In this document: in pieces, positions 51,828-64,000 of the stretch | How positions within the stretch are numbered: the stretch's first letter is position 1 | Layout of the letters: each line of letters begins with the position of its first letter | The notes under the pieces: model-generated | What the model saw: only the letters and a program-made list of their open reading frames with translations | Database searches by the model: none | Told to the model about the DNA's origin: nothing | Translations under genes and position numbers: made by a program | Source of the DNA: Podarcis liolepis | Taxonomy: Eukaryota | Strand: one strand, 5' to 3' | DNA: 64,000 nucleotides | Assembly (NCBI GenBank): GCA_965112155.1 | Contig: OZ218098.1

Positions 51828-52035
51828 CACTAGTACCTCCGGCTGTGGACGGGATCCGTTCCAGAGAGCCGTTTGGATCATGAGGTTTCTGCAATCTGAG
51901 GACCGCTTCTGTGCATGCGCAGGCTGCTTCTGTGCATGTGCGTGCGGTGAAACCCGGTAAAATACTTCTGGGTTTGCAGAGCACGCATCCCGAAGTTTAT
52001 GTAACCAGAAGGTTACTTAAACGCAGGTACGACTG
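51828..52035 (-). mobile_element. Tigger-like MITE, inverted relative to the 46214 copy
   Basis: ACGGGATCCGTTCCAGAG is the reverse complement of a segment of the 46214 copy; right end AGGTACGACTG+TA. Confidence 0.75.
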
Positions 52036-52781
52036 TACTTTGTTCCAGCCAGTCCTATCCCTACCTACAGGCATGAGCTAATTTAAATTCTGTTGCTTAG
52101 AAATGCTCAATTTAGTAAGAGCTATCCAGACAGTGAATTTAATAAATGTATGCCAATACCACATTCTAGCCTTTGTTTGACAGTTTTGCAGTGCCCCCAT
52201 TCAAAAACAATAGGGCAGCATCCAGTTGACACACGGTGGGGTTTTTTTTTTGAGCAGGATAACTGTTGCTTTTCACCCCTCTAATAAAAGCTGGCATTGT
52301 AATGACTACCTAGTGCTGTGGGCAGAGAATAGACAACTTTCAAAGTATTAAACAATTTTCTAAAAAGGAACAGGTGGAAAAAATAGTTTTTGCTGCAAAG
52401 TAGCTATGTTTTTATCATCTTCCTTTAAAACGCTTGCTGAGCACCTAGCCCAGCCTTTTCGAACTGGTACCTTTCAGATGTTTTGGGACTACAACTGGTT
52501 TGACACTTGCCACTAATGATGTCATAAGCAATATCTAATAGAGGCATATTCACAGCATTCTTCACAGCAATCTTGCTTGCAGTGGATGCAAAATAAAGTT
52601 CGTCGAGTGCTGGGGGTAATGCAGTATTCTTCACAGAAGCATCTGAGGACAGGGTAGAAATTCTATATTTCTTTCCACAAAAGCGAAGTACTGGAAAAGG
52701 AAGGAAAGCTACTTTCTTTGCTTTCATGTTTTCCTTTCCTTTGCTTCCTCCATTTATTAACTTACTTAAAATATCTGCATA

Positions 52782-53126
52782 CAGTGGTGCCCCGCAAGAC
52801 GAATGTCTCGCAAGACGGAAAACCTGCTAGACGAAAGGGTTTTCCGTTTTTGAGCTGCTTCGCAAGACGAATTTCCCTATGGGCTTGCTTCGCAAGACGA
52901 AAATGTCTTGCGAGTGTTCCGATTTCCCCCCGCTTCCCCCCCTTTTTCTAAGCCGCTAAGCCGCTAATAGCCTTTTAGCCGCTAAGCCGCTAAGCCTTTA
53001 ATAGCCGCTAATCCGCTAATAGCGCTAATTCGCTAAGCCGCTAATAGGGTTGCTTCGCAAGACGAAAAAACCGGTAGACGAAGAGACTCGCAGAACGGAT
53101 TATTTTCGTCTTGCGTGGCACCACTG
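52782..53126. mobile_element. Tigger-like MITE with internal 8-bp tandem array
   Basis: 22-bp TIR CAGTGGTGCC(C/A)CGCAAGACGAA; TA TSD; subterminal CGCAAGACG repeats; (CTAAGCCG)n at 52948-53048. Confidence 0.92.
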
Positions 53127-53276
53127 TACCACCCTCCATCTTCAAATTTTAGGGCCATTTACAAAGTATATTAAAGCAGTGTATGTTGAAAGCGTCAGCT
53201 CAAGAACCTGGGAAGGAAAGTCTAAGAAATTGTTCTTGTATTGTAAAATGCCCTGTAATTCTTGGATGAGGGGTGG

Positions 53277-53614
53277 CATAATAATAATTTATTATTTATA
53301 CTCTGCCCATCTGGCTGGGCTTCCCCAGCCACTCTGGATGGCTTCCAACAAAATATTAAAACACAGTAATCCATCAAACATTAAAAGCTTCCCTAAACAG
53401 GGCTGCCTTCAGATGTCTTCTAAAAGTCTGGTAGTTGTTGTTCTCTTTGACATCTGGTGGGAGAGTGTTCCAGAGGGCTGGTGCCACTACCGAGGAGGCC
53501 CTCTGCCTGGTTCCCTGTAACATGGCTTTCCGCAGTGAGGGAACTGCCAAAAGGCCCTTGGCGCTGGACCTCAGTAGAACGATGGGGGTGGAGATGCTCC
53601 TTCAGGTATACTGG
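53277..53614 (-). mobile_element. L2 LINE 3' end
   Basis: Minus strand PVYLKEHLHPH..., GTRQRASSVVAPALWNTLPPDVKE...FRRHLKAALFREAFNV, then a (TAA)-type tail. Confidence 0.85.
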
Positions 53615-53650
53615 TACAGAAAAGTAATAAATAATAATAATGATAGTATT

Positions 53651-54800
53651 TATCATCATCATCATAGACTTTTATTGTGCTAGCCATAGGCCATGGCATG
53701 TTTCAGAAAAATAACAAAAGGAAAAACAGCAATAACTATAAAAATCATCAGGCACCACACATACAATATAAAGCACGGTCACAACTACTAAGATTGTTTG
53801 TTACATAAAATAGAATAGCAGAAGATTTTCTAGTAAAATGTGCCAAATTAAATATCCGAATCCCCTTTGCAGTTAACCGCTATTTTATCTAGTTCTTTCC
53901 TCCTGATCTTCTTAGCTGCCAACGCATAGAGTGCTACTTTATAAGTTACAGTTATCAGTATCGCTCAGCAGCCATTTTACCTTTTCCACCCTATTCAAGC
54001 GAGTTCCAATCGGAAACAGGGGTTTTATGAATCTGTCTCTTGGGTCTATATATAACGGGCACTGCAATAAATAGTGGCACAGGTCCTCCACACAGTGTTG
54101 CCCACACACACGAAGTGTCTCTTCATAATGTACTTTGCCATAGCATCCATCCAACACCACCAAGGGCATCGACTGGAATAGTAATCCTGTGAATGCGATT
54201 CTAAGCATTGCAAGTGGGAGCTTTGACAGGTAACTGGCCCAGGTATGCTCCGTTTTAATAAGTGGGAACCATGGCAAACTCTTGGTAGAAGCCATCATGG
54301 TTAGATCCCTTTCTGCATCAGACCTAAAGAGACAATCTCTTAAGTGCCTCTTGTCCATCTTCATAGTCACCTGAAAATCTTGTAATTGGTATGGGGACAA
54401 GAGGCGTTGGATACTGTCCTTCCAACATTTGGTCTGTTTCTGTTCTGTGTGTGACATAGCAGGGAATCTCTCCTCTGAAGGAAATTGAAGTCTTTTCACA
54501 TAATTTAAGCACAGGTAATCAATTCTAGCCTGTATTGTTGTCACATCAGCTTCAACATGGAGAAGAGCAGCTGGAGTCCCGTTGGGGAGTGAGAGCACTT
54601 TCCTGAGGAATTTGTTCTGCACTATTTCTAAGGCTTTGTTGGCATTTGGGTCCTTGCCCCATATCACTACTCCATGAAGCATCTGGGAGACCACTTTACT
54701 GGCAAAGATTTTCAATAGCTGACCACCCACCTTAAAATAGAATTTCATTAATGCCCCACAAGCTTTCTACGCTTTGAGTTTCATAGCCTTGATATGAATT
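53651..54800 (-). mobile_element. 5'-truncated RTE-X-like LINE (ORF2 C-terminus at 53939-54748)
   Basis: LEIVQNKFLRKVLSLP (post-RT thumb region) and zinc-knuckle-like CG..CVEDLCHYLLQCPLY; 3' AATAAA plus (ATG)n tail; TSD ATAGTATT at 53643-53650 and 54801-54808. Confidence 0.85.
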
Positions 54801-57800
54801 ATAGTATTAATAATGATGATTGAAAAGGTATTAAAACCTGCAGAAGTTTTATGAAAAGGATAGGCCTTTAATAGAAGCCAAAACAAAAAAAAAAGGTTGG
54901 TGCATGTTGTACTTCATGGCGGAGTTAATTCCAAACGTTGGGTACCCCAACAGAAGTGAGCATATTATTGAGATTTTTATAAGGTTATCTGGGGTTGTTA
55001 GTGTACATGTGTACTGATTTGCAGTGTACCATCTTCACGACCAAACCCTTAAGGACTCCTGCCAAGAGGATATATTATTTCTCTTATTGCAGGTGGTGGT
55101 TTTGAGGAACCTGTAGCTCTCAATGTGATGTTGGGCTACAACTCGTATCATCCCTGTCCACTGGTGATTTTCGCAGGGGTTGACTGGTGCTGGAGTCCAA
55201 CAACGTTTGCAGGGCTATGGCTTCCCCACCCCTATATAGAAGAAGTTCTAAATAATTTATAAACAGCGATCTTATTAGAATATATCATCATAACTGTCTT
55301 GATGCCACTGCTGTTTAGATACATGCTTTAAGTCAAGATCTTGAAGTTCTTGAATCTACCAACCTTACACCCCTTTACCCCATATAAGTTCTGTTTCCCA
55401 CAGTTGTACTAACCTTGGAGATTATTCTTCTCCATGCCTGGCCTGGCACTGAACATGTTCATGCCCTTCTCTATTTATCATATCATATTGTTTGGAAGTA
55501 GTATGACAGCAACTCTTAATTTATGGTATAATTGTGCCTCTCTCTTTTGTGTGTTTTTTTTTTTTTTTTGGTAAAAAGCAATATTATGCTTTGTATTGAT
55601 CATTCTATCTCTTAAATAGGAAGATCTTAATCCTAATTCCCAAATAGTCTTATTAGTTAGTTGCATTTTCTCTACATTCTGTGGAACCCAGACGGTCACT
55701 TTAGACTGTTCTCAGATCACTGTGTTTATTCAGGGACCTATTCATAAACTAGGAGGACTGCCAGCATTCAAACAGCAGCACTTATCCCCCCTTACCTTTA
55801 TATAACTGCTATTTCACATGGGAATAAGTGTTCATTAAAATATAAGCCTTGAATATTCTATCTATTATTTAAATATTGTATGTTTGTACTGCTTTGCAAA
55901 GGAACAATGTCCAAAGAGTCTTATAATAACAGACAATACAAACAATCTAAAATAAAACAATAAAATAAAGAGTTAAAAATGCCTGAAGCCAATGCCCAGA
56001 GGCAATACTTGTACATTTTTGCTGCTGAAAATTGGTGTGGCTTCATCTGAATGATAGTGAACAAGGTATGGTTGGCTCAGCCAGCAGGGGATATTCAAAT
56101 TAACTGGCTGTGCTATATACTATTTAAATGTAGACAGTTCTACTTATGCATGCTGAGCAGCACTTTTCCTGTGTAAGTTAGATATATAAAAATGACATTT
56201 AATTGCAAAAAATATGATTTTTGTTATTAATTTTGCAACCAAGGTAGGAAGCTCTGTCAGGTAAAAAGATCCTTTTGAGCGTGCGCATGTGTGTGTGCAT
56301 TTATTCACGGGAAGATGATTCTGTGAGATATGCTGAAGGAAGTGCTATGGATTTAAACATTATTTTTTTAATGGATTCTTGTTCTTTCAGAACCTTTTGT
56401 TCTTTCTGCCGGTGCATTTTCCACTTCAAGAATACAGACGCAATCATTTAAACAAACAGATCATAGGGAAGCTCTAGGGATGAGCAGCCTGCCAGGGATT
56501 CAGGGAAAGTAGGGTGTCCTGCCAGTTGCATCTTGCCTTCCTTTTTTGCTTTGGTAGTGGGATTTTAACAAGGGTCTCGGGAGACCCCTCCAGCAAACTG
56601 CTCCAAGAAACCACTGTATGTACACCCTCCCGAGCAAAGTAACCTTGCCTCATCATTAGCTCCTTTTGAGATTCCGTTGCTATGAATATTTTACATTAAA
56701 TGAGGTTAGTACATGTTAAACTGCCAGGGTAACATCTCATTTTGATGTCAGGAGCCACTGTTTAACCAGTCATTAATGCCTGAATTGCCTAATTTTCGTT
56801 TGGGGTGGTGCCAGCAGTTTGTTAGAGTAAAGTTTATTGCTAGTAGAGCGGAAGTAAATCAGCAGCCCACCATTAAACATTTATATTGTCTTACACAAGC
56901 TTTTGTAATGGGCAGATGATGAGGAGGAGGTGTTGGTGGTGGTGGTAGAGGTGGATTGAATGTGTGTTCTATGTGGCTTTGAAAAATGCAGACCCTGCAA
57001 AAGGACTGGAAACTAACTGAATGGTAGGACTGCTGGAAGTGCTGCCTGTGGAATTCAATTTCGCCCACCTTGATTAAAAGACGTCGCCCTTGCTATGCTA
57101 TCAGCAAGGTTTTCTAACTTTCAGAGCAGATTTACAAACACTAATTAATTGAAAGCTTCATGAATAAGTCATGCCATATGCCATTTTACACATGTTGGTA
57201 ATCTTGGTTCTAGAGTCCTGCTTCTCAGTGGTACAAAGCAAATCATTATTAGCGCTTGTTGAAATAACAGAGAGCTTTTGAAAACTGATCATAAGAGGTT
57301 TATACTTTGTGTGGCGTGGAGAGCCGAATCCCAAGGATCTTCTCGTTCCTATTTATGGTTAAGCTAAGAGAACATCCACATCTGCAGTCTTTTTTTATTC
57401 ATGATGTGTTGCAGTGGGATTTGGAAAGGAAACCTGAGGGTGTATTATATGTTTAATGCATGCCACATACACTGTAGGCATATTTTTTATGAAGTATTAT
57501 TAAGCAGAACCTAGTGGTTTAAACTGTAGTTCAAAGCATATATGGGTGAGTTAACAAATTTCCGCTGTTCTCACTGTAATTTACTTGTGTACAAAATGTT
57601 CTTTTATCCCTTGCCTTAGCTAGGAAGAATGGATGTCTCTTAATAAATATTCTTCCCTGAAGTGTATTTAGGAATAATGCTCAGATGCAGTGAATCTTAG
57701 CTTTTCAGTTGCATTTTTCAACCAAACCAACTAAAATAACATGCCATAAAGCTTACCCAGCAATAAAAAGCTTAGAAGCTGGTCACTTTCATGCCCCTCT

Positions 57801-59131
57801 CCCCAAAGATTAGAGCATATCTTCATTAAGTAAAATAAAAATAAATTTTCTTAATTTTTTTTAAAAACAGAATGTTCATTGATTTAAAGGAGCTATTTCC
57901 CATCAAGTCAGTGATCCTTCAGAACTCTTCTGAAGAGCAACTTCAATAACATAATAGTTCTTTTTAAGGCTATGTAATAGAAATTTCACGTATGTGCTTA
58001 ATTGTCTTTTACATACACAAAAAGCTTTCGAGTTTGAAATTTCCTTCCAAACTCTACTCTTCTGTGATTCCATGATTTTACTTCAGGGGTTTTTACCTAA
58101 TGCTGTCCTTCAGCTACCAGAAGGCTCTTTGACCCCATGGTGTGACAGGGCGAGATGCTATTTTCCTCAAATTACATCCCACCCTGGAGCACTCTGTGCC
58201 ACCTCCCATGCTATTCCAAAGGGACTTTCAGCACTTTGGGGTTGATTTCGGAGGGAGCAGCAGGGGTGGCAGCGTGTGAATATGTAAAAAAACCCTTCCT
58301 TCCCCATGTTGCTAATGGAAGTTTCCTCTGGATTAAGGAGCCATCCATCAATAGAGGGACCCCACTGGATACCACACTTAATTTTTAAAATTTTTCTTAA
58401 GCTGAGTGAGCCACATATAAAATAATAAGTTATGACTTGAGGTATCAAAGAAAACAAACTTGAGTCCATAGCTCATAATGACCTCTGAATTAATGATATG
58501 TGTTATAAATTCAGCAGTCTTTGCTGCTAAACCTTACCTGTCTATGAGCATGATCATGCATCATAAGTGTTATTTAAAAATGTTGCCATTTCATCACATG
58601 CTACAAACAAACAAAAATATATATAACCAGGCGGACGGGGCGGGCTGTATGTTAGTGATAGTCTTAGAGTTACTGAAATAATGGACAGAACTAACTTAGA
58701 TCCATTCACTTCAAAGAGTCTACTGTAAAACTTGGTTGGATACAACCCTATTCATTAATTAAATAGACAATGGCAAGTTGATTATTTAGATGTTATTTTT
58801 TGGCATCCATCTGTCTTAAGAGACAATGGACTGCACCACTGAGGGTATTGTGCAACACTCCCAAACTTTTTGAGCTAATGAAAGTGACAGGAAAAAGCAC
58901 TGGGCAGAGTGCAATAGCATTTGCTTGACGCAATGCCTTTTATTTCTTTGCAAACAAATCAGAACAAATACTTAATAAATAGCTGGTGTCCTCTGATCTC
59001 CATGCAAACAAATCTGGATGAATACTCAATAAAGGGTTCTTTGAAAGTAACCTGTGCCACAATTTCTTTTGAAAGAAATTGATTTTTTTTTTTTAAAGTG
59101 AGGCCCACTGTCAATCCCGGAGTATATTTTC

Positions 59132-59539
59132 TTCTTTTTTTTAAAAAAAATATTTATTAAAGATTTTAAACATTAAATTCACATATAACACAATACAAAA
59201 CACAAAAAACAGCAGAAAGAAAAAGAAAAAACAACAAAGGTAACATATAATAACACATAATAACAAGCACACCAGAAAATCAAACGTTCCACATCCATCT
59301 TTTCTTAAGCTTTTGGACTTCCTCACATCTCCCATTTCTGCGTTCTCAATTAAAAATTATAAACAGCAATTTATCACCTTATTTCAACACTTATTTTGTA
59401 GTTTTCAAAAGTTATGTCCCCGACTTTAAGCACTTATTATCAAATAATTAGACACTTAATTTAGACATAATGTTATTCCAAGGTTTATCTTGTATCTCAA
59501 ATCTTACTCATTCTCATATTTCTTTCACCTAAGTTGCTG
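59132..59539 (-). mobile_element. 5'-truncated L1/Tx1-like 3'UTR insertion with 22-bp TSD
   Basis: GTCAATCCCGGAGTATATTTTC is duplicated exactly at 59110-59131 and 59540-59561; the minus strand ends AATAAA plus an A-rich tail. Confidence 0.85.
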
Positions 59540-61229
59540 GTCAATCCCGGAGTATATTTTCAGGAAGAATCACAAGAAACACACACAGTGCAAACACATT
59601 TTCTCTACTTTATTTTTAACCTTATAGCAATGCCTAATTTGATAACAATATGTAAATTAGAGGGTGTTTTTTTTTAAAAAAAAAGCTCAGCAGGTGCTAC
59701 TGACACAGTTTGCTCTTATCCTAAATTTAGAGACAAATAGATCAAAACAAAAGGAATGAAGGATTGCCAGTTTAAAGATGTTTGGGGAGAAAGACTCCAG
59801 GAAAACAAAGGTTTAGTAGCTGATGGATTAACCTAGCTGATTAAATAGACTCTTTTTAATTGTGGCCTCTAGATAAACACACACAAATGCACACATTCTC
59901 TTAATTGTTTAAAAGTGCCATTGTTAAATTTGGGAACCTGTTTATCAGGGCTGGAAAGCCGAAATATTTTCATCAGGCTGTGTGCAGCAAAAGAGATTTT
60001 GCTGTATTAATTCATGCCTGAAGTGCTATTTCCAGCATTCATCTCTCTGTGTGTATACATACCTAACTTGCTGCAGTGATACACCCTGTTGTGTTGCTTA
60101 AATATTTAATAGAACCTCATATTATAGAACCCAAAATGATGAATAATTTACATAACTATTTATATTAGTAATTAAGTGATATGGTTTCTGCGTTTTGAAC
60201 CATAAACGTAATAATTGCAATTAACAGCAGATAGTAAATGGCACTGATTGCACTTCTGGTTTGGAATTCTCATTAGTCAGTTAAATCACCAAGTTCATCC
60301 TCCATGTTTAAAACTGTGCTATCAATCAGTCAAATTCATTTTCTAAAAACCATTGGTCGCCACAAAAATACAGACATAATCTAGCTGAAATACACATTTT
60401 AGCATAGGTGATTCCCCAGAATATTGGACTCTATTTTTTGAATTAAGTTTTTGACTATTGGGCTGTAGAGCAAACCCTGAAACCCTTTATGTCATCTAGT
60501 TATCCCTATCAAATAGTAAGTAACAGATTTTCTCCCTACTGTTGAAAAAAACTGGCTGAAGAATTTCAAAAACCTTTCCCTTGGGAAATTATAGAAGAAC
60601 AATACAATACAATAGTAAACAATATCTTCCACTTCTCCCTGGCCACAGATACATAAATGACAATTTACAGGTATTTCAGTGCATCTCTCCTCTAAATGGT
60701 CTGTAGGAATAGAATCTCAAAGCATAAATCCTCAGTTCATGAGCAGATAATTAGAAAAAAGTAATCTGGCACACAGTGTTTTGATTCAACAGAATAATAA
60801 AAAAGTGAAAACAGCATTGTTAAAAGGCAACATCTAGTTAACAAAAGGCCCTGCTCTTTAACCTTTAAAAAAATAATTAAATTTGCTTTATTGCTATATG
60901 AGTAATCACACTAAGGACATCAGGAATCAGTCCATACTTAACTATAACAGCTGATCTGCTCAGATCAACTGTAGGTTAAAAAAACACCAACCTAAAACAC
61001 CATCAGCAGTATTGAGGGAAGAGCCAGCCATAAGAAAGTGTATGGAAGGTAAGAAATCAGAATCTTCTGATTTAAAAGGAAAAACAGATGTGAAGTTTAT
61101 GAGAAGAGATTCAAGTCAAGGGAAGGTTTGTAAGGAGGAGGTGTTAGTAGGATAAAATATGTGCTCAGATATTGCAAGAAATGCATGTAGTACTGTTGTT
61201 TTGTTGTAGCTTTACTTTAAAGTTTCATT

Positions 61230-61268
61230 AAACAAACAAACAAACAAACAAAAACAAACAAACAAACA
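61230..61268. repeat. (AAAC)n microsatellite
   Basis: Imperfect AAAC run. Confidence 0.9.
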
Positions 61269-61772
61269 GTTCCTGTGCAAGTATTGAGTAGTAGATTGAG
61301 ATGTTTGCACATCCCTGCAGGGTCTCTACACCACTCAGACTTCAATAGTCTCTCTCTGACTCTGGTAAGTACCCTAAAACTATGCTTTACTGCTCCTTCA
61401 TTTAGTGTCTGAATTAGTTTCCTACAGAGAGCTTTCTTCCTGACACTTATCTCTGTTTACTAGCATATGTGACGGCTTTTGCTGCCCTAGTCCCGCCTAC
61501 CTGGCCCCAATTCTTCCTTGTTGCCCATCCCATATGCTGTTTTGCTTCTTAACTTGTATAACCATCTCACAAGATTCCGTGAACCAGATCCTATGAGTTA
61601 CTCTTCACTTGGGCTTGCAGTCCTTTCCCTGGCAGTAGAATATATGCTTTCTATTTAATTCATACCTACAAGCCGGATATCTGCTGCTCTACTCCCCATG
61701 TTGTTCTTTGCTTGTAAAAATGTAACAAAATCAGAGATGGAGATGGCATGGGGCAAGGGAAGGGAAGAAGTA

Positions 61773-61900
61773 CAGTGGTACCTTGGTAGTCAAACAGCTT
61801 GGCTCCTGAACAAATAGGCTCCCAAACGCCGCCAACTTGCAAGTGAGTGTTCTGGTTTGCGAACGTTTTTCGGGAGCCCAACGTCCGATGCGGCTTCCAA
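61773..61900 (+). mobile_element. Truncated Tigger-like MITE
   Basis: TA+CAGTGGTACCTTGG left end; no right TIR found. Confidence 0.65.
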
Positions 61901-62699
61901 TTTTGTGTAGTCAGTATTAGCTTGAAAGAGAAGGCTCAAGAGCATCTGACACCTCACAAGGATTCTGTGATCAGCTTCCACCTTTCAGAAATATCAGGAT
62001 CCCAGTGCCATCTTTCTTTATATTAGCATTATCTCAAGCTGGTAAATCAGTTCTTTACAGGGAAATTTTGGCACCTGAGGCAGACTCCCAGGGACACCTC
62101 CCTCTCCACCGGGGAAGAAGTGAGGGACAAGGGCAGGGGGAGAAAGATCAACATTGGGAGGTGCTGCCCCTGTGGATCCTCCCGTCTGCCGCACCTCATG
62201 GGTGGGTCAGCGCTGGTTCTCTAGTTTTGGAAAATACAATGCTTGCAGTCAAGTCTTGGAGCATATTTGCTGTGTCTGTACTGTGTCTTTGAAATGCCCC
62301 CGAAGAGCTTAACTATAGTATATAGATGTTTGTTACCACTCAAGCATCTTTTCATTAGAAGTAGCTGATTACAAGTCAAAGTTAGAGGACATTTCTGTGT
62401 GGCTGAGATTCATAAACATTTAAGTGCACTTAGAATTGTTGCTATAGCAATGGAACCATATAGTGCTTTTAAGTCATGTCCCCCCCCCCACGCTGCAAAA
62501 CCGAATAGCTTTCAGCTGAATTCAGCATTAGCTGCTACATAAATTCAACTAGTAACACAATCAGCTATGGGCAAAATAAAGAAGAGAGAAGCCCTTTCCA
62601 CAAGTGTACCAGTTTGCAGGCACTAGAATGCAGAGTATATAGTGATGATTTTATGTCATCTTTTCTGACTTCTAGTTGGTTTCTCGGCACAACTCAGAT

Positions 62700-63090
62700 T
62701 GCTGGTTTTGTCTTTTAAAGCCCTAAATAGTCTGCGTGGAGAATACATTAAGAGATGCCTTCTTTCATACAAACTCGCCTGTACATTTAGAACTTCTTAG
62801 GGGACTCTGCTTATTCCCAGATAAGGTGGTATGTTTGGACACGGCTTTCTCATAACTGGAACTGTGTCTGCAGGGATTTTTGCTTTGTTTCATATTTCTG
62901 GCCTTTACACACCAGGCAAAAGCAGTTTTATTCCAGAGAGCTTTTGAAAGTATTTGGCTAACTTTCCCTAGTTGGTTAAACTATGTGTGCTTTTTTCTTG
63001 TTTAATTTTATGCTGATTGATTGGGTGTTTGGTTAGTTATGTGGGTGATTTTTTATTGAAAGGTGGGACAGAAGATTCTTAATAAATAAG
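62700..63090 (+). mobile_element. Old L2 3' fragment
   Basis: LVLSFKALNSLRGEYIKRCLL remnant and terminal GAAAGGTGGGAC...AATAAATAA. Confidence 0.6.
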
Positions 63091-64000
63091 TTACCACTGG
63101 TCAGGAGCATGCTTAACGATTTTGTTTCTCTGTCTGACAGTGAACATCCCTTCAGAGCTAATTTTAATCTTTAGTCTCAAAGATTGTAATAATTTATGCA
63201 TATCAAAAATATTGGGAGAAAACAGCGAGTCTCCTCTTTTAATGCAGTGATCAGCAGATGCTGATGTCATGAAGTTGAAAATTAGGTCACCTTGAATTAT
63301 AAACAGACTAGAGTTCAGTTTACCTCCTGTGGTGAGCATAATCTCAGAATGATAGGCAAAACTTATGTCCCCCTCCAGGGACATAAAAAGCACTTGAGAA
63401 TTGGTCATCCATTTCATGCCATGTAGATCTTCATCTCTACAACACAATATAGAAAAATGTATATGCATATTGATAGATTCCCATATTTTGCTCTGTGCAT
63501 ATTTACAGTATTATGTCGCTTTGAAAAACATATCCTTGAAATGCTACCCTTTTGACATTCTGCATCTTTTCTGTATTTCCAAGGAACTGCAGCATAAAAC
63601 ACAGCCCTGTCTATAAACACTGATTTCTCAATATAAGGTTGTTTCCAACTAAGGTTTATTCAGAGTAGCCCCATTGAATTAGTCATGACAATTTTGATGG
63701 ATCTACTGTAAGTAAATAGAATCCATACCTTTGATATGTGTTAGTGTTTGGGACTGGTCTAAAAGCAATTGTTTAAGTTGCTTTCCCTTTTTGAATTCTT
63801 CATTGTTGTCTGAAATGGCTGAACCAAAAGACTTTGAATTTAATTTGCTGCTTCCTTCCTTCCAAACTTGACAAGGAACAAAAAGTTATGCGAGTGTAAG
63901 AATCCACTTTAATGCCAAATCAAGTGCTGAGTTTGTTCACGCTCTCAAAATTACATGCGCTGTATGTCAGAATAACTTTAGACCTTCTCAGTGATAATTC

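Noticed and set aside
52948-53048. Short-repeat array as CRISPR or telomeric repeat
   Set aside because: No unique spacers, not TTAGGG, eukaryotic context, and it lies inside a TIR element.
53050-53683. 156-aa and 82-aa + strand ORFs
   Set aside because: They run across MITE, spacer and antisense L2 sequence; not genes.
44661-64000. Exon 2 of the downstream gene
   Set aside because: No long Ser/Thr-rich or otherwise convincing coding exon found; intron 1 appears to extend past the window.

Overview
Vertebrate genomic DNA, most likely a squamate and probably a lacertid lizard (inferred from the SINE/MITE repertoire). No prokaryotic features are present. The + strand carries the 3' part of HIPK3 (homeodomain-interacting protein kinase 3): the last 49 nt of the large exon 2, then 14 more coding exons, all with canonical GT-AG sites. 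They splice into one open frame (2522 coding nt in the window) ending SPTKLSQYPFM* at 33004. A ~3.8 kb 3'UTR follows, rich in miRNA seed sites, with a 156-N assembly gap near its end. A CpG island at ~43.7-44.8 kb holds the promoter and first coding exon of the next + strand gene, a signal-peptide-bearing protein that is probably KIAA1549L by synteny; its intron 1 fills the rest of the window. Introns and intergenic DNA contain Tigger/Tc2-like MITEs (TA target duplications), hAT MITEs (8-bp duplications), Squam2/Squam3-type SINEs, and CR1, L2, L1-like, RTE-X, RTE and Penelope fragments. I found no convincing wholly new system. The best leads are inverted MITE pairs just downstream of the circHIPK3-forming exon, a Penelope hammerhead relic, a possible stop-containing counterpart of the human 21-aa cassette exon, uORFs in the downstream gene, and a MITE carrying a K50-homeodomain motif array. 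Exon numbers follow the usual mammalian numbering and are tentative. Repeat family names come from recalled consensus features, not from a database search.
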